Positions 46,533-58,187 of a stretch of DNA of 64,000 nt are shown in pieces. How positions within the stretch are numbered: position 1 is the first letter of the stretch; every line of letters begins with the position of its first letter. The stretch comes from a bacterium (GTDB taxonomy: Bacteria > UBA8248): positions 2,560,001 through 2,624,000 of the forward strand of contig OZ241326.1 in assembly GCA_965199855.1 (NCBI GenBank), written 5' to 3'. Below the pieces are notes generated by a model. That model saw only the letters and a list, made by a program, of their open reading frames with translations. It ran no database searches and had not been told where the DNA came from. The translations under genes were made by a program, and so were the position numbers.

Positions 46533-47666
46533 TCAAACGCCGGGCGGGACTTCAAAAAAAACTTCTCTCGCGCTCACGGGCTTCATTCCCAGGGCCTTCG
46601 CCACGCCGGCGTGGGTGATGCGCCCCTCGCCCACGTTCAGGCCGTCGGCGAGGTAGGGGTTGCGCGCCATCGCTTCCCTGATCCCCAGGTTGGCCAGTTC
46701 CAGCACGTAGGGGAGCACGGCGTTCGAGAGCGCGATGGTGCTCGTGCGGGGAACGGCTCCGGGCATGTTCGCCACCCCGTAGTGGACGATGCCGTCAACC
46801 ACATAGGTAGGCCTGGAATGATAGGTGGGGCGAATCGTCTCCACGCAACCACCCTGATCCACCGCCACGTCCACGACAACGGCGCCCGGGTTCATCTCCC
46901 CCAGCATCTCGCGCGGCACCAGAACGGGCGCGCGCGCGCCGGGCACCAAGACGGCGCCGATGACCAGGTCCGCTTCGCAGACGGCCTCCCGGACGGCGAA
47001 GCGCGTGGACACCAGTGTTTTGACCCGGCCGTCGAAAATGTCGTCAATGTATTCGAGCCGCGCGTGGTTGATGTCGAACACCGTGACGCCCGCGTGCATC
47101 CCGACCGCGATTTTGGCCGCGTTCTTCCCCACGATGCCCGCTCCGAGGATGACCACGTTCCCCCGGGGAACGCCCGGCGCCCCGGCGAGCAGAACGCCGC
47201 GCCCACCCGCGTTCTTCTCCAAATATTTCGCCCCTTCCTGCACCGCCATCCTGCCCGCGATCTCGCTCATGGGCTGAAGGATGGGCAAGACGCCGTTGGG
47301 CGAGCTCACCGTCTCGAACGCCACCCCATAGCCTCCCCGCCTCAAGAGGGCGCGCGCGAGGGGCCGGCAGGCGGCCAGATGCAGAAAGGCGAACAGAATC
47401 TGCCCCTCGCGCATCAGCGGGAACTCCGCTTTCAGGGGCTCCTTCACCTTGACGATCATCTCCCCCTTCGCCCAGACTTCTTCAGCGGAGGAGACGAGGC
47501 GCGCGCCCGCTTTTTCGTAGTCTTCATCCGGGATGCCCGCGCCCAGGCCCGCGCCCTTCTCGACCATCACGAGGTGGCCTGCCTCCGAGAGCGCCTCCAC
47601 GGCGCCGGGCGAAAGAGCAACCCTGTACTCATCCCGCTTGATTTCCCTCGGGATACCGACTCTCAT
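46533..47666 (-). CDS. ald: Alanine dehydrogenase
   Basis: [46 protein letters not shown]. Confidence 0.95.
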   Translation of the reverse strand: MRVGIPREIKRDEYRVALSPGAVEALSEAGHLVMVEKGAGLGAGIPDEDYEKAGARLVSSAEEVWAKGEMIVKVKEPLKAEFPLMREGQILFAFLHLAACRPLARALLRRGGYGVAFETVSSPNGVLPILQPMSEIAGRMAVQEGAKYLEKNAGGRGVLLAGAPGVPRGNVVILGAGIVGKNAAKIAVGMHAGVTVFDINHARLEYIDDIFDGRVKTLVSTRFAVREAVCEADLVIGAVLVPGARAPVLVPREMLGEMNPGAVVVDVAVDQGGCVETIRPTYHSRPTYVVDGIVHYGVANMPGAVPRTSTIALSNAVLPYVLELANLGIREAMARNPYLADGLNVGEGRITHAGVAKALGMKPVSAREVFFEVPPGV

Positions 47667-48088
47667 CGCTCCTCCGTCCCTTCCTCCACGACGTGAAACG
47701 TGCTTTCCGCCTCGGCGACGGAGCGGCCGTCCCCGGCGCGGATCGCCCTGCCCGCCAGAACGACGAACCTGCCCTTTTTCCTCTTCAATCTTCCTTCAAG
47801 CAACAGGGGCGTGCCGACCGGCAAGGGGTCGCGGTAGCGAATTTCGCTTCGCGCCGAATAGGCGCGGACACCCTTCAGGAAGAGCCAGTTCGCCATCACG
47901 TCGTCCAGAACGCTGAAGATGATTCCGCCGTGCGTGACGCCGTCGTAGCCCTGGTGATGGGGACCCGGCGTGAATTCGGCGCGGCAGACATCGCCCTCGA
48001 GCCGAAAACGGATTTTCAGGCCAATCGGGTTCCCGGGCCCGCAGACGAAGCATTCATCCGCGTCCGGGCGTCCTCTCGAGTCAGACAA
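47663..48088 (-). CDS. PaaI-family (hotdog) thioesterase
   Basis: CFVCGPGNPIGL, GYDGVTHGG..LDD. Confidence 0.88.
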   Translation of the reverse strand: MSDSRGRPDADECFVCGPGNPIGLKIRFRLEGDVCRAEFTPGPHHQGYDGVTHGGIIFSVLDDVMANWLFLKGVRAYSARSEIRYRDPLPVGTPLLLEGRLKRKKGRFVVLAGRAIRAGDGRSVAEAESTFHVVEEGTEER

Positions 48089-48119
48089 CGGCGCGCCTCC
48101 GCTTCATTCGACATTCCAT

Positions 48120-48145
48120 AAAAAAAGAGAGCCTCGACGGCTCTC
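48120..48145 (-). terminator. Intrinsic terminator of alpha operon
   Basis: Minus strand GAGAGCC-GTCGA-GGCTCTC followed by T7, just after the rplQ stop. Confidence 0.8.
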
Positions 48146-48172
48146 CTTCAGGCGCCGCTCATGTTCTGGCCC

Positions 48173-48595
48173 CTAAGCTTCCCCTTGGGCCTCTTTTTTC
48201 TTCCGGCGACGCTCGATCCTCTCTTCCTCTCTCGAGGTGTCCCTGTCGATCAGCTCCAGAATCGCCATGGGCGCGGCGTCCCCTTGCCGGGGCGGAAGGC
48301 GCAGAATTCGTGTATAGCCGCCGGGCCGCTCCGCATACCTCGGGGCGACGGCGTCCATGAGCTTGGCCACCGCCGCCGGGGTCTTGAGATAGGCCGCGAC
48401 TTGGCGGCGGGCGTGAAGCGTGCCCCGTTTGCCCACGGTGATGATGCGCTCAGCGTGGCGGCGAACTTCCTTGGCCTTCGCCAGCGTCGTCCGCACCCGC
48501 TCCTCGTCGATCAGGGAGGTCACCATGTTCCGCGTCATCGCATCCCGATGCTTCGAGGTGCGCCCCAGTTTTCTTCCGTGCCATCGGTGCCGCAT
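48173..48595 (-). CDS. rplQ: 50S ribosomal protein L17
   Basis: [20 protein letters not shown]. Confidence 0.97.
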   Translation of the reverse strand: MRHRWHGRKLGRTSKHRDAMTRNMVTSLIDEERVRTTLAKAKEVRRHAERIITVGKRGTLHARRQVAAYLKTPAAVAKLMDAVAPRYAERPGGYTRILRLPPRQGDAAPMAILELIDRDTSREEERIERRRKKKEAQGEA

Positions 48596-48606
48596 CTTTC
48601 CACGCC

Positions 48607-49632
48607 CTACCCTTCTTGTGAGTCGTCCCGCCCGCTCAGGCCTATCGGCGGGAGATCCATGTGGCTCAAATCCATGCCCAGCGACAAGCCCATCCCCGTA
48701 AGAATATCACGAATCTCGTTCAGACTCTTGCGGCCGAAGTTGCGCGTTTTCAGAAGCTCGCCCTCGGTTTTCTGCACCAGTTCGCCCAGCGTGCCGATGC
48801 GCGCGTTTTTCAGGCAGTTGTAGCTGCGAACCGAAAGCTCAAGCTCCTCCACGCTCCTGGCGAGGTTCTCCGCCATTCTCTGCTTGCGCTCGTCCACCTT
48901 GGGCGTCTGGGGCGCTTCTTCCTCCTCGAAATTGATGAATATCTGGAGGTTGTCCTTCAATATCTTCGCCGCGTGGGCGACCGCGTCCACGGGGGCGATG
49001 GTGCCGTTCGTCTCCACATCGAGAATCAGCTTGTCGTAGTCCGTGATGTCGCCCACCCGCGTCTTCTCCACCTGAAAGGCGCAGCGGCGGATGGGAGAGA
49101 AGACGGAGTCCATCGGGATGAACTGGGGGCCTAAATCCACATCCATGTTTCTCTCGGCGGGAACGTAGCCGCGGCCTATGTTCGCCACGAGTTCCACGTC
49201 GAGTTCCGCCTCGTCGTTCATGTTGGCGATCTCAATGTCGGGAGTCAGCACCTTCACGTCCGGGGGCGTCTCAATATCGCCCGCCCTGAACACGCCGGCC
49301 GAGCCCGAATGGCGGTAATTCATGTGGAAGGGCGCGTTTTCCGAGTCCACCTGAATGACCACATCCTTGAGATTCAGGATGATCTCCGTCACGTCCTCCA
49401 TGACGCCCGGAATGCTCGAAAACTCGTGAAACACCCCCTCGATGCGCACGCCCGTGAACGCGGCCCCCTGGAGGGAGGACAGAATCACCCGGCGAAGCGC
49501 GTTGCCCAGCGTGACGCCGTACCCACGCTCCAAGGGTTCGGCGACAAAGCGGCCGAAAGTATCGGTCAGGCTCTCCGGCTGCGGCTCCAGGCCGGAGGGC
49601 TTGACCAGATCGGCGATGGCTGTCATTTCCAT
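48607..49632 (-). CDS. rpoA: RNA polymerase alpha subunit
   Basis: [36 protein letters not shown]. Confidence 0.98.
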   Translation of the reverse strand: MEMTAIADLVKPSGLEPQPESLTDTFGRFVAEPLERGYGVTLGNALRRVILSSLQGAAFTGVRIEGVFHEFSSIPGVMEDVTEIILNLKDVVIQVDSENAPFHMNYRHSGSAGVFRAGDIETPPDVKVLTPDIEIANMNDEAELDVELVANIGRGYVPAERNMDVDLGPQFIPMDSVFSPIRRCAFQVEKTRVGDITDYDKLILDVETNGTIAPVDAVAHAAKILKDNLQIFINFEEEEAPQTPKVDERKQRMAENLARSVEELELSVRSYNCLKNARIGTLGELVQKTEGELLKTRNFGRKSLNEIRDILTGMGLSLGMDLSHMDLPPIGLSGRDDSQEG

Positions 49633-49692
49633 GGGTCCTCCGTTCGGCGGTTGACCATTTTTTGAACAAACCGGTCGAGACGCGCGCTTCGC

Positions 49693-50325
49693 TTATTTGG
49701 AGTAGAGCTCCACGATCTGCTGCGCGTTGATGTCGATTTGGGAATCAAGCAGGCTGGGCGGCTCCAGGACGCGCGCCTGAAGGTCCGCGTAGTCCACGTC
49801 GAGCCAAGCGGGCGCGCCGCGCGCCTTTCCCTTCTCCGCGCTTTGGAGGATCAGCCCGTTTTTCCTGCTCTTCTCCTTGATCTCCACGACGTCGCCTTTT
49901 CGCACGGCGAACGCCGGGCGGTTCACCTTCTTTCCGTTCACCCGGACGTGGTTGTGAATCACCAGCTGGCGCGCCTGGTTGCGTGAATCCGCGAAGCTCG
50001 CCCGGAACACGACATTGTCGAGGCGGGATTCGAGCAACGAAAAAAGGTTGTCGCCGGTCACGCCCCTGCGCCGCGCCGCCTCCTTGTAATAGAGCCGGAA
50101 CTGCTTCTCCAGAACGCCATACACCCGACGCGCCTTCTGCTTTTCACGGAGCTGAAGCCCGTATTCGCTCACCTTCCCCCTCGAGCGCGCCGCGCCGTGC
50201 TGTCCCGGCGGGAAACTGCGCTTCTCGAAAGAGCATTTGTCCCCGATGCAACGGTCGCCCTTCAGGAAAAGTTTCATCCCTTCTCTGCGGCAAAGCCGGC
50301 AGACCGAATCCTTGTATCGCGCCAA
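49693..50325 (-). CDS. rpsD: 30S ribosomal protein S4
   Basis: [26 protein letters not shown]. Confidence 0.97.
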   Translation of the reverse strand: MARYKDSVCRLCRREGMKLFLKGDRCIGDKCSFEKRSFPPGQHGAARSRGKVSEYGLQLREKQKARRVYGVLEKQFRLYYKEAARRRGVTGDNLFSLLESRLDNVVFRASFADSRNQARQLVIHNHVRVNGKKVNRPAFAVRKGDVVEIKEKSRKNGLILQSAEKGKARGAPAWLDVDYADLQARVLEPPSLLDSQIDINAQQIVELYSK

Positions 50326-50350
50326 AATTCAGACTCCTTCTCTGCTCCGA

Positions 50351-50752
50351 CTAGACCCGGCGCCGCTTGCGCGGCCGACAGCCGTTGTGGGGGATGGGCG
50401 TTACGTCCCGAATGAGGCTCACCTCGAGCCCCGCCGCCGCCAGCGAGCGAATCGCCGCCTCCCGGCCGGAGCCGGGCCCGCTCACATAGACCTCCACCGA
50501 GGTCACGCCCAGATCCAGCGCCTTCTTGGCGACGTCCGCCGCGGCCATCTGGGCGGCGAAGGGCGTGCTCTTCCGCGAGCCCTTGAAGCCCTGGCCGCCC
50601 GCCGTCGACCAACAGACCACGTTCCCGGCCGTGTCGGAAATCGAAATCATCGTGTTGTTGAACGTCGCCAGAATGTGGGCCTGTCCTTTGCCGATGGCCC
50701 TGCGCTCGCGGCGCCGCCTTCCGCCGCGCCTGCCTCTGCCCGCCTGCGCCAA
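50351..50752 (-). CDS. rpsK: 30S ribosomal protein S11
   Basis: [24 protein letters not shown]. Confidence 0.97.
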   Translation of the reverse strand: MAQAGRGRRGGRRRRERRAIGKGQAHILATFNNTMISISDTAGNVVCWSTAGGQGFKGSRKSTPFAAQMAAADVAKKALDLGVTSVEVYVSGPGSGREAAIRSLAAAGLEVSLIRDVTPIPHNGCRPRKRRRV

Positions 50753-50794
50753 CTCAAATCTCCTGTCTTGAGAGACGAAACGAAAAAAGTGAAA

Positions 50795-51169
50795 TCAGCT
50801 GTCCCTTTTCTTTGCGCCCACCGTCTTGCGGGGGCCCTTGCGGGTGCGCGCGTTCGTATGGGTTCTCTGCCCGCGCACGGGGAGGCCGCGGCGGTGCCGA
50901 AGCCCCCGATAGGAGCCCATGTCCATCAGCCTCTTGATGTTCATGGTCACCCGGCTCCTCAGGTCGCCCTCCACCGCGTAGCCGCGCTCGATGATCTCGC
51001 GCAGGGCCTGCACCTCGCCCTCAGTGAGGTCCTTCACCTTGGAGAAGGCGTCGATTTTCGCCTCCGCCGCGATTTTCCCCGCGGAGGTGCGTCCGATTCC
51101 GTAGATATACGTCAGCGCGATATCGACGTTCTTGTCGTTGGGTATGTCCACTCCGGCGATGCGGGCCAT
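50795..51169 (-). CDS. rpsM: 30S ribosomal protein S13
   Basis: [28 protein letters not shown]. Confidence 0.97.
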   Translation of the reverse strand: MARIAGVDIPNDKNVDIALTYIYGIGRTSAGKIAAEAKIDAFSKVKDLTEGEVQALREIIERGYAVEGDLRSRVTMNIKRLMDMGSYRGLRHRRGLPVRGQRTHTNARTRKGPRKTVGAKKRDS

Positions 51170-51192
51170 TCGCGTTCTCCTCTGCTTCCGCC

Positions 51193-51306
51193 TCAGCCCT
51201 GGCGCTGCTTGTGCTTGGGGTTCGAGCACATGACGCGAACGACCCCCTTGCGGCGGATGACCTTGCACTTGTCGCACATCGGCTTGACGGAACTTCTCAC
51301 CTTCAT
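51193..51306 (-). CDS. rpmJ: 50S ribosomal protein L36
   Basis: Manual translation [37 protein letters not shown]. Confidence 0.97.
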   Translation of the reverse strand: MKVRSSVKPMCDKCKVIRRKGVVRVMCSNPKHKQRQG

Positions 51307-51340
51307 GGCATGACTCCGAACTTCAACCGAAAACCCCGGC

Positions 51341-51628
51341 CTATTTATAGCGGCTCGTTATCCGCCCCCGCGTCAAATCGTAGGGCGAAAGCTCCACCTT
51401 CACGTTGTCGCCCGGGAGGATGCGGATGAAGTGCATTCGCATCTTTCCCGAGATGTGGGCCAGCACCTTATGCCCCCCCTCGAGTTCGACGCGAAACATC
51501 GCGTTCGGCAGGGGCTCCAAAACGACGCCGTCCACTTCTATCACGCCTTCCTTGGGGGCGCGCTCTTCGCGCTCCACCTGCTCGCGCTTTCTTCGCCTCC
51601 GGCTTCCCCCCCGGCGCGGCCTCTTCAT
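51341..51628 (-). CDS. infA: Translation initiation factor IF-1 (with basic N-terminal extension)
   Basis: [36 protein letters not shown]; ATG overlaps the map stop (ATGA). Confidence 0.93.
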   Translation of the reverse strand: MKRPRRGGSRRRRKREQVEREERAPKEGVIEVDGVVLEPLPNAMFRVELEGGHKVLAHISGKMRMHFIRILPGDNVKVELSPYDLTRGRITSRYK

Positions 51629-52377
51629 GCGGCGCGGCTCAGAATATCCGGACCGGCTTCCGTGATGGCGACGGAATGCTCGAAATGCGCGGAAAGCTTC
51701 TCGTCCGCCGTGACGACCGTCCACGCATCGCTCAATACCTTCACCTCATGAACGCCCAGGTTCAGCATGGGCTCAATCGCCAGAACCATGCCCGCCTTGA
51801 GTTCCGGCCCCGTGCCGGGCTCGCCGAAATTCGGAATCTGGGGCTCCTCGTGAAGATTCGTTCCCACCCCGTGTCCCACATAGGCGCGAACCACCGAAAA
51901 GCCGGCGCCTTCCGCGTGCTTCTGCACGGCGTGGGAGATGTCAAACAGCCGGTTGCCCGGCCGCGCCTGCTCAATTCCCTTGAAAAGCGACTCCTCGCAA
52001 CATCGCAACAGGTCCTTCGCCCCCGAGCCGACGCTGCCCACCGGAAACGTGATCGCATGATCGCCGAAGTAGCCATACAACTTCGCTCCGACGTCCACGC
52101 TGACAATGTCGCCCTCCTTCAGCTTCCTCCCGGAGGGCACGCCGTGCACCACCTCCTCGTTCACCGAAGCGCAGATGGTGTGCCGGTAGCCCCTGTAGCC
52201 CTTGAAAGCGGGTATCGCTCCGGCCTCGCGGATGGTCCGCTCCGCCATGGCGTCCAGCTCCAGCGTCGAGACGCCCGGCCGAATCGCCTTCCTCAATTTC
52301 TCCATGACGCGCGTCACCACCCGGTTACTGTCTCGCAGACGCTCGATTTCTTTGCCCGAACGAAGGATGATAGCCAT
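51625..52377 (-). CDS. map: Methionine aminopeptidase type I
   Basis: [33 protein letters not shown]. Confidence 0.96.
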   Translation of the reverse strand: MAIILRSGKEIERLRDSNRVVTRVMEKLRKAIRPGVSTLELDAMAERTIREAGAIPAFKGYRGYRHTICASVNEEVVHGVPSGRKLKEGDIVSVDVGAKLYGYFGDHAITFPVGSVGSGAKDLLRCCEESLFKGIEQARPGNRLFDISHAVQKHAEGAGFSVVRAYVGHGVGTNLHEEPQIPNFGEPGTGPELKAGMVLAIEPMLNLGVHEVKVLSDAWTVVTADEKLSAHFEHSVAITEAGPDILSRAA

Positions 52378-53006
52378 TAAGCGACCACTTGGGCAACACC
52401 CGCCTCCACCCTTTTGGCGATATCCTCCGAGTCGCCCTCGCCGTCGATTTCCGCAAGCCGGCCCTTCGCGCGATAAAACGACACCAGCGGCTCGGTGTGC
52501 TCCCGATACACCTGAAGGCGGCGCAGCACCGTGCTCTTCATGTCGTCCTCGCGCTGGTAGAGGTCGCCCCCGCAGACGGAGCAGAGCGAGATGTCCGTGC
52601 GGGGATACACCGCGCCGCATTTCCGGCAAGTAAGCCTGCCGGCGAGCCGCGACAGAACGGTCTCGTCCGACACCCTCATGTAGAGGACCACGTCCACGCT
52701 TTCGGGCAACACCCTTTCCAGGGCCTCGCCCTGCTCGATCGTCCTCGGGAAGCCGTCCAGGATGAAGCCCCTGCCGCAGTCCTTTCGGGCGATGCGCTCT
52801 TCGATGACCGATACGATGAGGTCGTCCGGCACGAGCCTTCCCTGGTTGATGATGCTCTCCACCTGCTGGCCGAGCGCCGTCTTCTCCGCCGCCGCCTGGC
52901 GCAACATGTCCCCCGTCGAGATTTCGGGGATACAGAGCGATTTCGCCAAAACGGCGCCCTGCGTGCCCTTTCCCGATCCCGGCGGCCCCAGAAGGATGAT
53001 TCTCAC
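52377..53006 (-). CDS. adk: Adenylate kinase
   Basis: GPPGSGKGTQ, STGDMLR, LDGFPRT; Cys4 LID. Confidence 0.97.
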   Translation of the reverse strand: MRIILLGPPGSGKGTQGAVLAKSLCIPEISTGDMLRQAAAEKTALGQQVESIINQGRLVPDDLIVSVIEERIARKDCGRGFILDGFPRTIEQGEALERVLPESVDVVLYMRVSDETVLSRLAGRLTCRKCGAVYPRTDISLCSVCGGDLYQREDDMKSTVLRRLQVYREHTEPLVSFYRAKGRLAEIDGEGDSEDIAKRVEAGVAQVVA

Positions 53007-53011
53007 GCGCG

Positions 53012-54334
53012 CTATCCCGCCCGGCCCCGGATGCGGCCCCGCCGCAGGAAGCCCTCGTAGTTCCTCATCACCAGATGCGACTCAATCTGCCGCTGGGTGT
53101 CCACCGCCACGCCCACGACGATCAGCAGCGCCGTGCCGCCGAAGAAGAACGGCACGTTGAACCACTGGATGAGATAGGTGGGCAGAATGACGATGGCGCT
53201 CAGGTAGATGGCGCCCAGGAAGGTCAGCCGGCTCAGGGTGCGGTCGATGAAATCCGCGGTGGGCCGGCCCGGTCGCCTGCCGGGAACGAAGCCGCCGTAT
53301 TTTCTCAGGTTCTCCGCCACGTCCATCGGGTTGAAGATGATAGCGGTGTAGAAATACGCGAAGAAGAAGATCAGCACGACCGTCAGCACCACGTACCAAG
53401 CGCTTGGCGGCGTGAGCGCCGCGCTCAGCTGCTGGAGCCAGGCCACGTTCGAAAACTGCGCGATTGTCGCGGGAAAGAGAATCATCGAGCTCGCGAAGAT
53501 CGGCGGGATGACGCCGGAGGTGTTGACCTTGAGCGGCAGGTGGGTCTCCTGGCCGCCCGCCATCTTGCGGCCCACCATCCGCTTCGCGTATTGAACCCGG
53601 ATGCGCCGCTGCCCCGCCTCGAACCAGACCACGAGGCCCACGACGGCCACCATGCCCACCGCCAGAACGATCATGACGAAGGGCTGCAACTCCCCTGTGC
53701 CCAGCAGGCGGAAGGTGTTGATGATCGCTCCGGGCAGGCCGGCGACGATGCCCGCAAAGATGATGAGGGAGATTCCGTTGCCGATGCCGCGCTCGGTGAT
53801 TTGCTCGCCGAGCCACATGATGAACGAGGTGCCCGCCACCAGGGTGAGCACCGTCATCAGGCGAAAGCCCCAGCCGGGCTCCGGCACCACGAGAGCGCCC
53901 GTGGGAGCGGCCATCTGCTCGATGCCGACGGCGATGCCAAAGCCCTGCACCGTCGAGAGGAACACCGTGCCGTAGCGGGTGTATTGGTTGATCTTCTTGC
54001 GCCCCGACTCCCCTTCCTTCTTCAGGCGTTCGAGGTGGGGAACCGCGACCGTGAGCAGTTCCAGGATGATGGAGGCGCTGATGTAGGGCATGATGCCCAG
54101 GGCGAAAATCGTCAGCTGGCTCAGGGCGCCGCCCGTGAACAGATCGAAGAACTGCATGAGCGTGCCGCCGCCTCTGCTCAGCTCGGCGAAGAAGGCGGCC
54201 AGCGCCACGGTGTCGATTCCCGGCGTGGGGATGTGCGCTCCGATGCGATAGACCGCCAGAATTCCGAGCGTGAAAAGAATCCGGTTCTTGAGCTCGGGCA
54301 CCTGAAAGATGTTGGGAACGCCGCCTTCCCTCAC
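53012..54334 (-). CDS. secY: Preprotein translocase SecY
   Basis: IFALGIMPYISASI, WLGEQIT.RGIGNG, GVIPPIFAS, FGGTALLI. Confidence 0.98.
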   Translation of the reverse strand: MREGGVPNIFQVPELKNRILFTLGILAVYRIGAHIPTPGIDTVALAAFFAELSRGGGTLMQFFDLFTGGALSQLTIFALGIMPYISASIILELLTVAVPHLERLKKEGESGRKKINQYTRYGTVFLSTVQGFGIAVGIEQMAAPTGALVVPEPGWGFRLMTVLTLVAGTSFIMWLGEQITERGIGNGISLIIFAGIVAGLPGAIINTFRLLGTGELQPFVMIVLAVGMVAVVGLVVWFEAGQRRIRVQYAKRMVGRKMAGGQETHLPLKVNTSGVIPPIFASSMILFPATIAQFSNVAWLQQLSAALTPPSAWYVVLTVVLIFFFAYFYTAIIFNPMDVAENLRKYGGFVPGRRPGRPTADFIDRTLSRLTFLGAIYLSAIVILPTYLIQWFNVPFFFGGTALLIVVGVAVDTQRQIESHLVMRNYEGFLRRGRIRGRAG

Positions 54335-54861
54335 GCGCTTTCATCCCCCCGCTTCGAGGGGAGAGCCGCGAGTTCCACGCTGCCGCCCGCGTCCTCGATT
54401 TTCCGGCGCGCCGATGCGCTGCACTTCTGAATCTTCAGGTGAAGCGCGCGATCCACTTCGCCCTCGCCCAGCAGTTTGACGCCGTCTTTCGCCACCTTGC
54501 GGACGAGGCCGGCGGCCTGAAGCGTCGCGGCGTCCACGCTCGCGCCCGCCGCCAGCGCGCACAGGCGGCCCACGTTCAGCAACGAGAACTCCTTTTTGAA
54601 GCGGTTGTTGAACCCGCGCTTCGGCAGACGCCGCTGGAGCGGCATCTGCCCGCCCTCGAAGCCCACCTTCCGGCGATAGCCGGAGCGCGATTTCTGTCCC
54701 TTGTGGCCGCGCGTCGAGGTCTTGCCGCGGTCGGAGCCTGCTCCGCGCCCCACGCGGCGTCGGGACTTCACCGCCCCCTCGGGGGGAGACAAATCACCCA
54801 GGCCCGTCCAGGCCGCCTCTTGAGCCGCTTCGTTCTCGGACATATTCATCTTGGGGCTCAA
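54331..54861 (-). CDS. rplO: 50S ribosomal protein L15 (start uncertain)
   Basis: RGHKGQKSRSG, FEGGQMPL.RRLPKRGF. Confidence 0.95.
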   Translation of the reverse strand: MSPKMNMSENEAAQEAAWTGLGDLSPPEGAVKSRRRVGRGAGSDRGKTSTRGHKGQKSRSGYRRKVGFEGGQMPLQRRLPKRGFNNRFKKEFSLLNVGRLCALAAGASVDAATLQAAGLVRKVAKDGVKLLGEGEVDRALHLKIQKCSASARRKIEDAGGSVELAALPSKRGDESA

Positions 54862-55046
54862 GCCCCCTCCTCCATTTCCACCAAGTGCTTGATCTTGAAC
54901 ACCATGCCGCGAATGCAGGCGTTGTCCTTCTTCACGACCGTCTGGTCGATGCGCCTCAGACCCAGACCCTGCAAGACGGCGCGCTGCTTCGCGTTCGAGC
55001 CGGAGACGCTCTTTCTCAGAGTGATTCTAATCTTGTCTTCCGCCAT
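54858..55046 (-). CDS. rpmD: 50S ribosomal protein L30
   Basis: ITLRKS, LGLRRI, IRGMV..IKHLV; spc operon position. Confidence 0.95.
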   Translation of the reverse strand: MAEDKIRITLRKSVSGSNAKQRAVLQGLGLRRIDQTVVKKDNACIRGMVFKIKHLVEMEEGA

Positions 55047-55055
55047 CTCTCGCCC

Positions 55056-55697
55056 CTATTCATCCGCGTCGGCGCTTTCGGCCCCGGCATCGTCCGCGTC
55101 GGCGTCCGTAGCATCGCCGATCCGGGCGTCGCCTTCCTGCGCGTCGCTCGATTCAACCTCGGCGGCTTCCACGCCGCCCTCTTCCGCGCCGATTCCCCGG
55201 AGGGCGAGCACGTCCTCCCTGCTGCGCAGCGAGCACAGGCCCGCCAGCGTCGCCTTGGCCGCATTGTGCGGGTTGTTCGTGCCGATGCACTTCGTCAGGA
55301 TGTCGCGCACGCCGGCTACGTCCAGCACCGCGCGCACGGGGCCGCCGGCGATGACGCCCGTGCCCCGCGCCGCCGGCTTCAACAGAACGCGGCCCGCGCC
55401 GAAGCGGCCCATCGTCCGATGGGGGATGGTTGCCTTGTCGAGGGAGACCCGCACCATCGACTTGCGCGCCTTCTCCACGCCCTTGCGAATGGCCTCGGGC
55501 ACTTCGTTCGCCTTGCCCATGCCGATGCCGACCTGTCCTTTTCTGTCGCCCACGGTCACCAGCGCGCTGAAGCTGAAGCGTCTGCCGCCCTTGACCACCT
55601 TGGCCACGCGGTTCACGAAGATGACGCGGTCGATGAACTCGCGCTCCTCGGGGTTCTCGGGCTCTCTGTTCCGGCCTCTTCTCGCTTCTCGCGCCAT
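55056..55697 (-). CDS. rpsE: 30S ribosomal protein S5
   Basis: [23 protein letters not shown]; acidic C-terminal tail. Confidence 0.97.
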   Translation of the reverse strand: MAREARRGRNREPENPEEREFIDRVIFVNRVAKVVKGGRRFSFSALVTVGDRKGQVGIGMGKANEVPEAIRKGVEKARKSMVRVSLDKATIPHRTMGRFGAGRVLLKPAARGTGVIAGGPVRAVLDVAGVRDILTKCIGTNNPHNAAKATLAGLCSLRSREDVLALRGIGAEEGGVEAAEVESSDAQEGDARIGDATDADADDAGAESADADE

Positions 55698-56077
55698 CAG
55701 AAACTGACCCCCGTTTCTCTCACGCTCTCGGCCAGCGCCTTCACGCGGCCGTGGTAGAGATAGCCATTGCGATCGAACACCACCTTCTCCACGCCCTTCG
55801 CCTTCGCGCGGCCGGCCAGCAACCGGCCGACGACGGCAGCGCCCGCCGCGTTGCTCCCGCCTACGCCTTCGGCAGTCTTCGCCTCGGCGGCAAAATCCTT
55901 CTCGCGCGAGGAGGCCGACGCCAAGGTCTTACCCGAGGCGTCGTCGATCACCTGGGCGTAGATGTGCGCGGCACTCCGGAAGACGGACAGACGCGGCCGC
56001 TCGCCCGTTCCGCGGCTCTTCTTGCGAATCCGCGCCTTGCGCCTGAGCCTTGCCTCCACCTTGCTTAACCGGCCCAT
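55697..56077 (-). CDS. rplR: 50S ribosomal protein L18
   Basis: [22 protein letters not shown]. Confidence 0.97.
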   Translation of the reverse strand: MGRLSKVEARLRRKARIRKKSRGTGERPRLSVFRSAAHIYAQVIDDASGKTLASASSREKDFAAEAKTAEGVGGSNAAGAAVVGRLLAGRAKAKGVEKVVFDRNGYLYHGRVKALAESVRETGVSF

Positions 56078-56095
56078 TTCTCCGACCCCCCCGCA

Positions 56096-56641
56096 CTACA
56101 CGCCGGCCTTGCCGACCTTGCGGCGAACCGTCTCGCCCGCGTAGCGAATGCCCTTGCCCTTGTAGGGCTCCGGGGGCTTCACCTTGCGGATTTCGGCGGC
56201 CACCCAGCCCACCACCTGCTTGTCCACGCCCTTCACCTTTATCGCCGTCCGGTTGCGGTCGCTCTGCACCTCGAAGGTGATGCCTTCGATCGGATCGATG
56301 TTCACCGGGTGCGAATAGCCCACGTTCAGCACGATGCCCTCGCCCTTCTCCTCTACGCGATAGCCGAGGCCGATGACCTCCAGCTCCTTTTCATAGCCCT
56401 TGGCCACGCCCTCGACCATGTTGGCGATGAGGGTGCGCGTGAGGCCGTGCAGCGATTTGTCCTGGCGGGACTCGCTAACCCGCGAGACGACGATGCTCTC
56501 CCCGTCTATCTCCACCTTCGGGCGGTGATGCAGCTCGCGCGAAAGCGCGCCCAGCGGTCCCTTGACGAAGATGCGCCGCCCGTCGAGCTTCACCTCCACG
56601 CCCGAGGGAATGGGAACCGGCATGTTTCCGATGCGCGACAT
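56096..56641 (-). CDS. rplF: 50S ribosomal protein L6
   Basis: MSRIG, PEPYKGKGIRY. Confidence 0.97.
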   Translation of the reverse strand: MSRIGNMPVPIPSGVEVKLDGRRIFVKGPLGALSRELHHRPKVEIDGESIVVSRVSESRQDKSLHGLTRTLIANMVEGVAKGYEKELEVIGLGYRVEEKGEGIVLNVGYSHPVNIDPIEGITFEVQSDRNRTAIKVKGVDKQVVGWVAAEIRKVKPPEPYKGKGIRYAGETVRRKVGKAGV

Positions 56642-56651
56642 TCAGGCGCCC

Positions 56652-57053
56652 TCACCAAATTTCACAGAGAACCTCACCGCCCACCCCCAGTTTCCTCGCC
56701 TCTTCGTCGGTCAGCACGCCCCGTGAGGTCGTGAGAATGGCGATTCCCATGCCGTTGAGCACCTTGGGAACCGACTCCTTGTCCACGTAAACCCGCAGGC
56801 CGGGCTTGCTGACCCTTTTCAGGCCGCTCAGCACCGGCTTGCCGTCCTGGAGGGGCTTGAGCTCGACCTTAATCTCCTTCTGGCCCGTCGGCCCCGGCTC
56901 GATCCCGTATCCCTTGATGTAGCCTTGTGTCTTCAGGATTCCGACGACCTGGGCCTTGAGCCGACTGCCCGGAATCACGACGCTCGGATGCCCCGCGCGC
57001 ACCGCGTTGCGAATGCGCGTCAGAAGATCGGCGATGGGGTCCGTCATGCTCAT
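56652..57053 (-). CDS. rpsH: 30S ribosomal protein S8
   Basis: MTDPIADLLTRIRNA, SKPGLRVY, GGEVLC. Confidence 0.97.
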   Translation of the reverse strand: MSMTDPIADLLTRIRNAVRAGHPSVVIPGSRLKAQVVGILKTQGYIKGYGIEPGPTGQKEIKVELKPLQDGKPVLSGLKRVSKPGLRVYVDKESVPKVLNGMGIAILTTSRGVLTDEEARKLGVGGEVLCEIW

Positions 57054-57069
57054 GTTCTCGGGCCTCCGG

Positions 57070-57255
57070 CTACCAGCTCGATTTCGTGACTCCCGGAATC
57101 TCGCCCTTGAGCGACAATTCGCGGAAGCAGATGCGGCAAATTTTGAAACGCCTCAGATAGCCCCTCGAACGTCCGCAACGCTGGCAGCGGTTGTAGGCCC
57201 GGACGCCGAATTTGGGCGCTTTCTTCTGTTTCGCTATCAAGCACTTTTTCGCCAC
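57070..57255 (-). CDS. rpsN: 30S ribosomal protein S14 (type Z)
   Basis: [22 protein letters not shown]. Confidence 0.96.
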   Translation of the reverse strand: MAKKCLIAKQKKAPKFGVRAYNRCQRCGRSRGYLRRFKICRICFRELSLKGEIPGVTKSSW

Positions 57256-57266
57256 TGCCTATCCTC

Positions 57267-57818
57267 TCAACTCGTCCGGAAGGGAATCCCCAATTCGCGG
57301 AGCAACGCCCTCCCTTCCTCGTCCGTGTTCGCCGACGTGTTCATCACGATGCCGATGCCACGCGACTTCTCCACCTTGTCAATGTCGATTTCGGGAAAGA
57401 TGATCTGCTCGCGGACTCCCAGGCTGTAGTTCCCCCGCCCGTCGAACGACTTGGGACTCAGCCCCCGGAAGTCGCGCACGCGGGGAAGGGCCACGTTCAC
57501 CAGGCGATCCACGAAATCCCACATCCGCGCGCCGCGAAGCGTCACCATCGCGCCGATGGGCATTCCCTCGCGCAGCTTGAAGTTCGCGATGGACTTCCTC
57601 GCCCGGGTGACGACCGGCTTCTGGCCCGCAATGCCCGTCAGCTCCGCGACCCCGTTCTCCAGGGCCGCCGCATTTTGAACAGCCTCCCCGAGGCCCATGT
57701 TCAGCGTGACCTTGAGAAGCCGCGGAATCTGCATGACGTTCGCGTAGTCGAACTCCCGGCGCAGCTTCTGCGCGATCTCATTCCGATACAGCTGAAGCAT
57801 CCTGGGGACATAAGCCAT
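57267..57818 (-). CDS. rplE: 50S ribosomal protein L5
   Basis: [26 protein letters not shown]. Confidence 0.97.
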   Translation of the reverse strand: MAYVPRMLQLYRNEIAQKLRREFDYANVMQIPRLLKVTLNMGLGEAVQNAAALENGVAELTGIAGQKPVVTRARKSIANFKLREGMPIGAMVTLRGARMWDFVDRLVNVALPRVRDFRGLSPKSFDGRGNYSLGVREQIIFPEIDIDKVEKSRGIGIVMNTSANTDEEGRALLRELGIPFRTS

Positions 57819-57840
57819 GCTGGTAAAAATCCTTCTCCGC

Positions 57841-58179
57841 CTACACCGTGTCGAGCAGTTCGCCGCTTCGGTGCGTCACGCGCACGCGCGCGCCGTCCTC
57901 GAGCCGCTTTCTGCGAACGCGGGAGGGCTGGTTCGTCTTCGGGTCCACGGGCATGACGTTCGAGAGGTGAATCTTCCCCTCACGCTCCAGGATGCCCCCC
58001 TGCTGGTTCGCCTGGGTCGGCTTCGTGTGCCGCTTCATCATGTTCAGCTTCTCGACGAGCACGCGATTTTCGTTCTTGAGCACCTGAAGCACCTTTCCGG
58101 TCTTGCCCTTCTCGCGGCCCGCGATTACCTGAACGATGTCGCCCTTCTTCACGTGCGCTTTCTTGGCGTTTGGCCCCAT
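57841..58179 (-). CDS. rplX: 50S ribosomal protein L24
   Basis: [21 protein letters not shown] motif, IHLSNV. Confidence 0.96.
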   Translation of the reverse strand: MGPNAKKAHVKKGDIVQVIAGREKGKTGKVLQVLKNENRVLVEKLNMMKRHTKPTQANQQGGILEREGKIHLSNVMPVDPKTNQPSRVRRKRLEDGARVRVTHRSGELLDTV

Positions 58180-58187
58180 CGCGCTCC

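Noticed and set aside
52555-52635. Shortened Cys4 LID in adenylate kinase
   Set aside because: A few residues shorter than typical but within known Adk variation; not considered novel.
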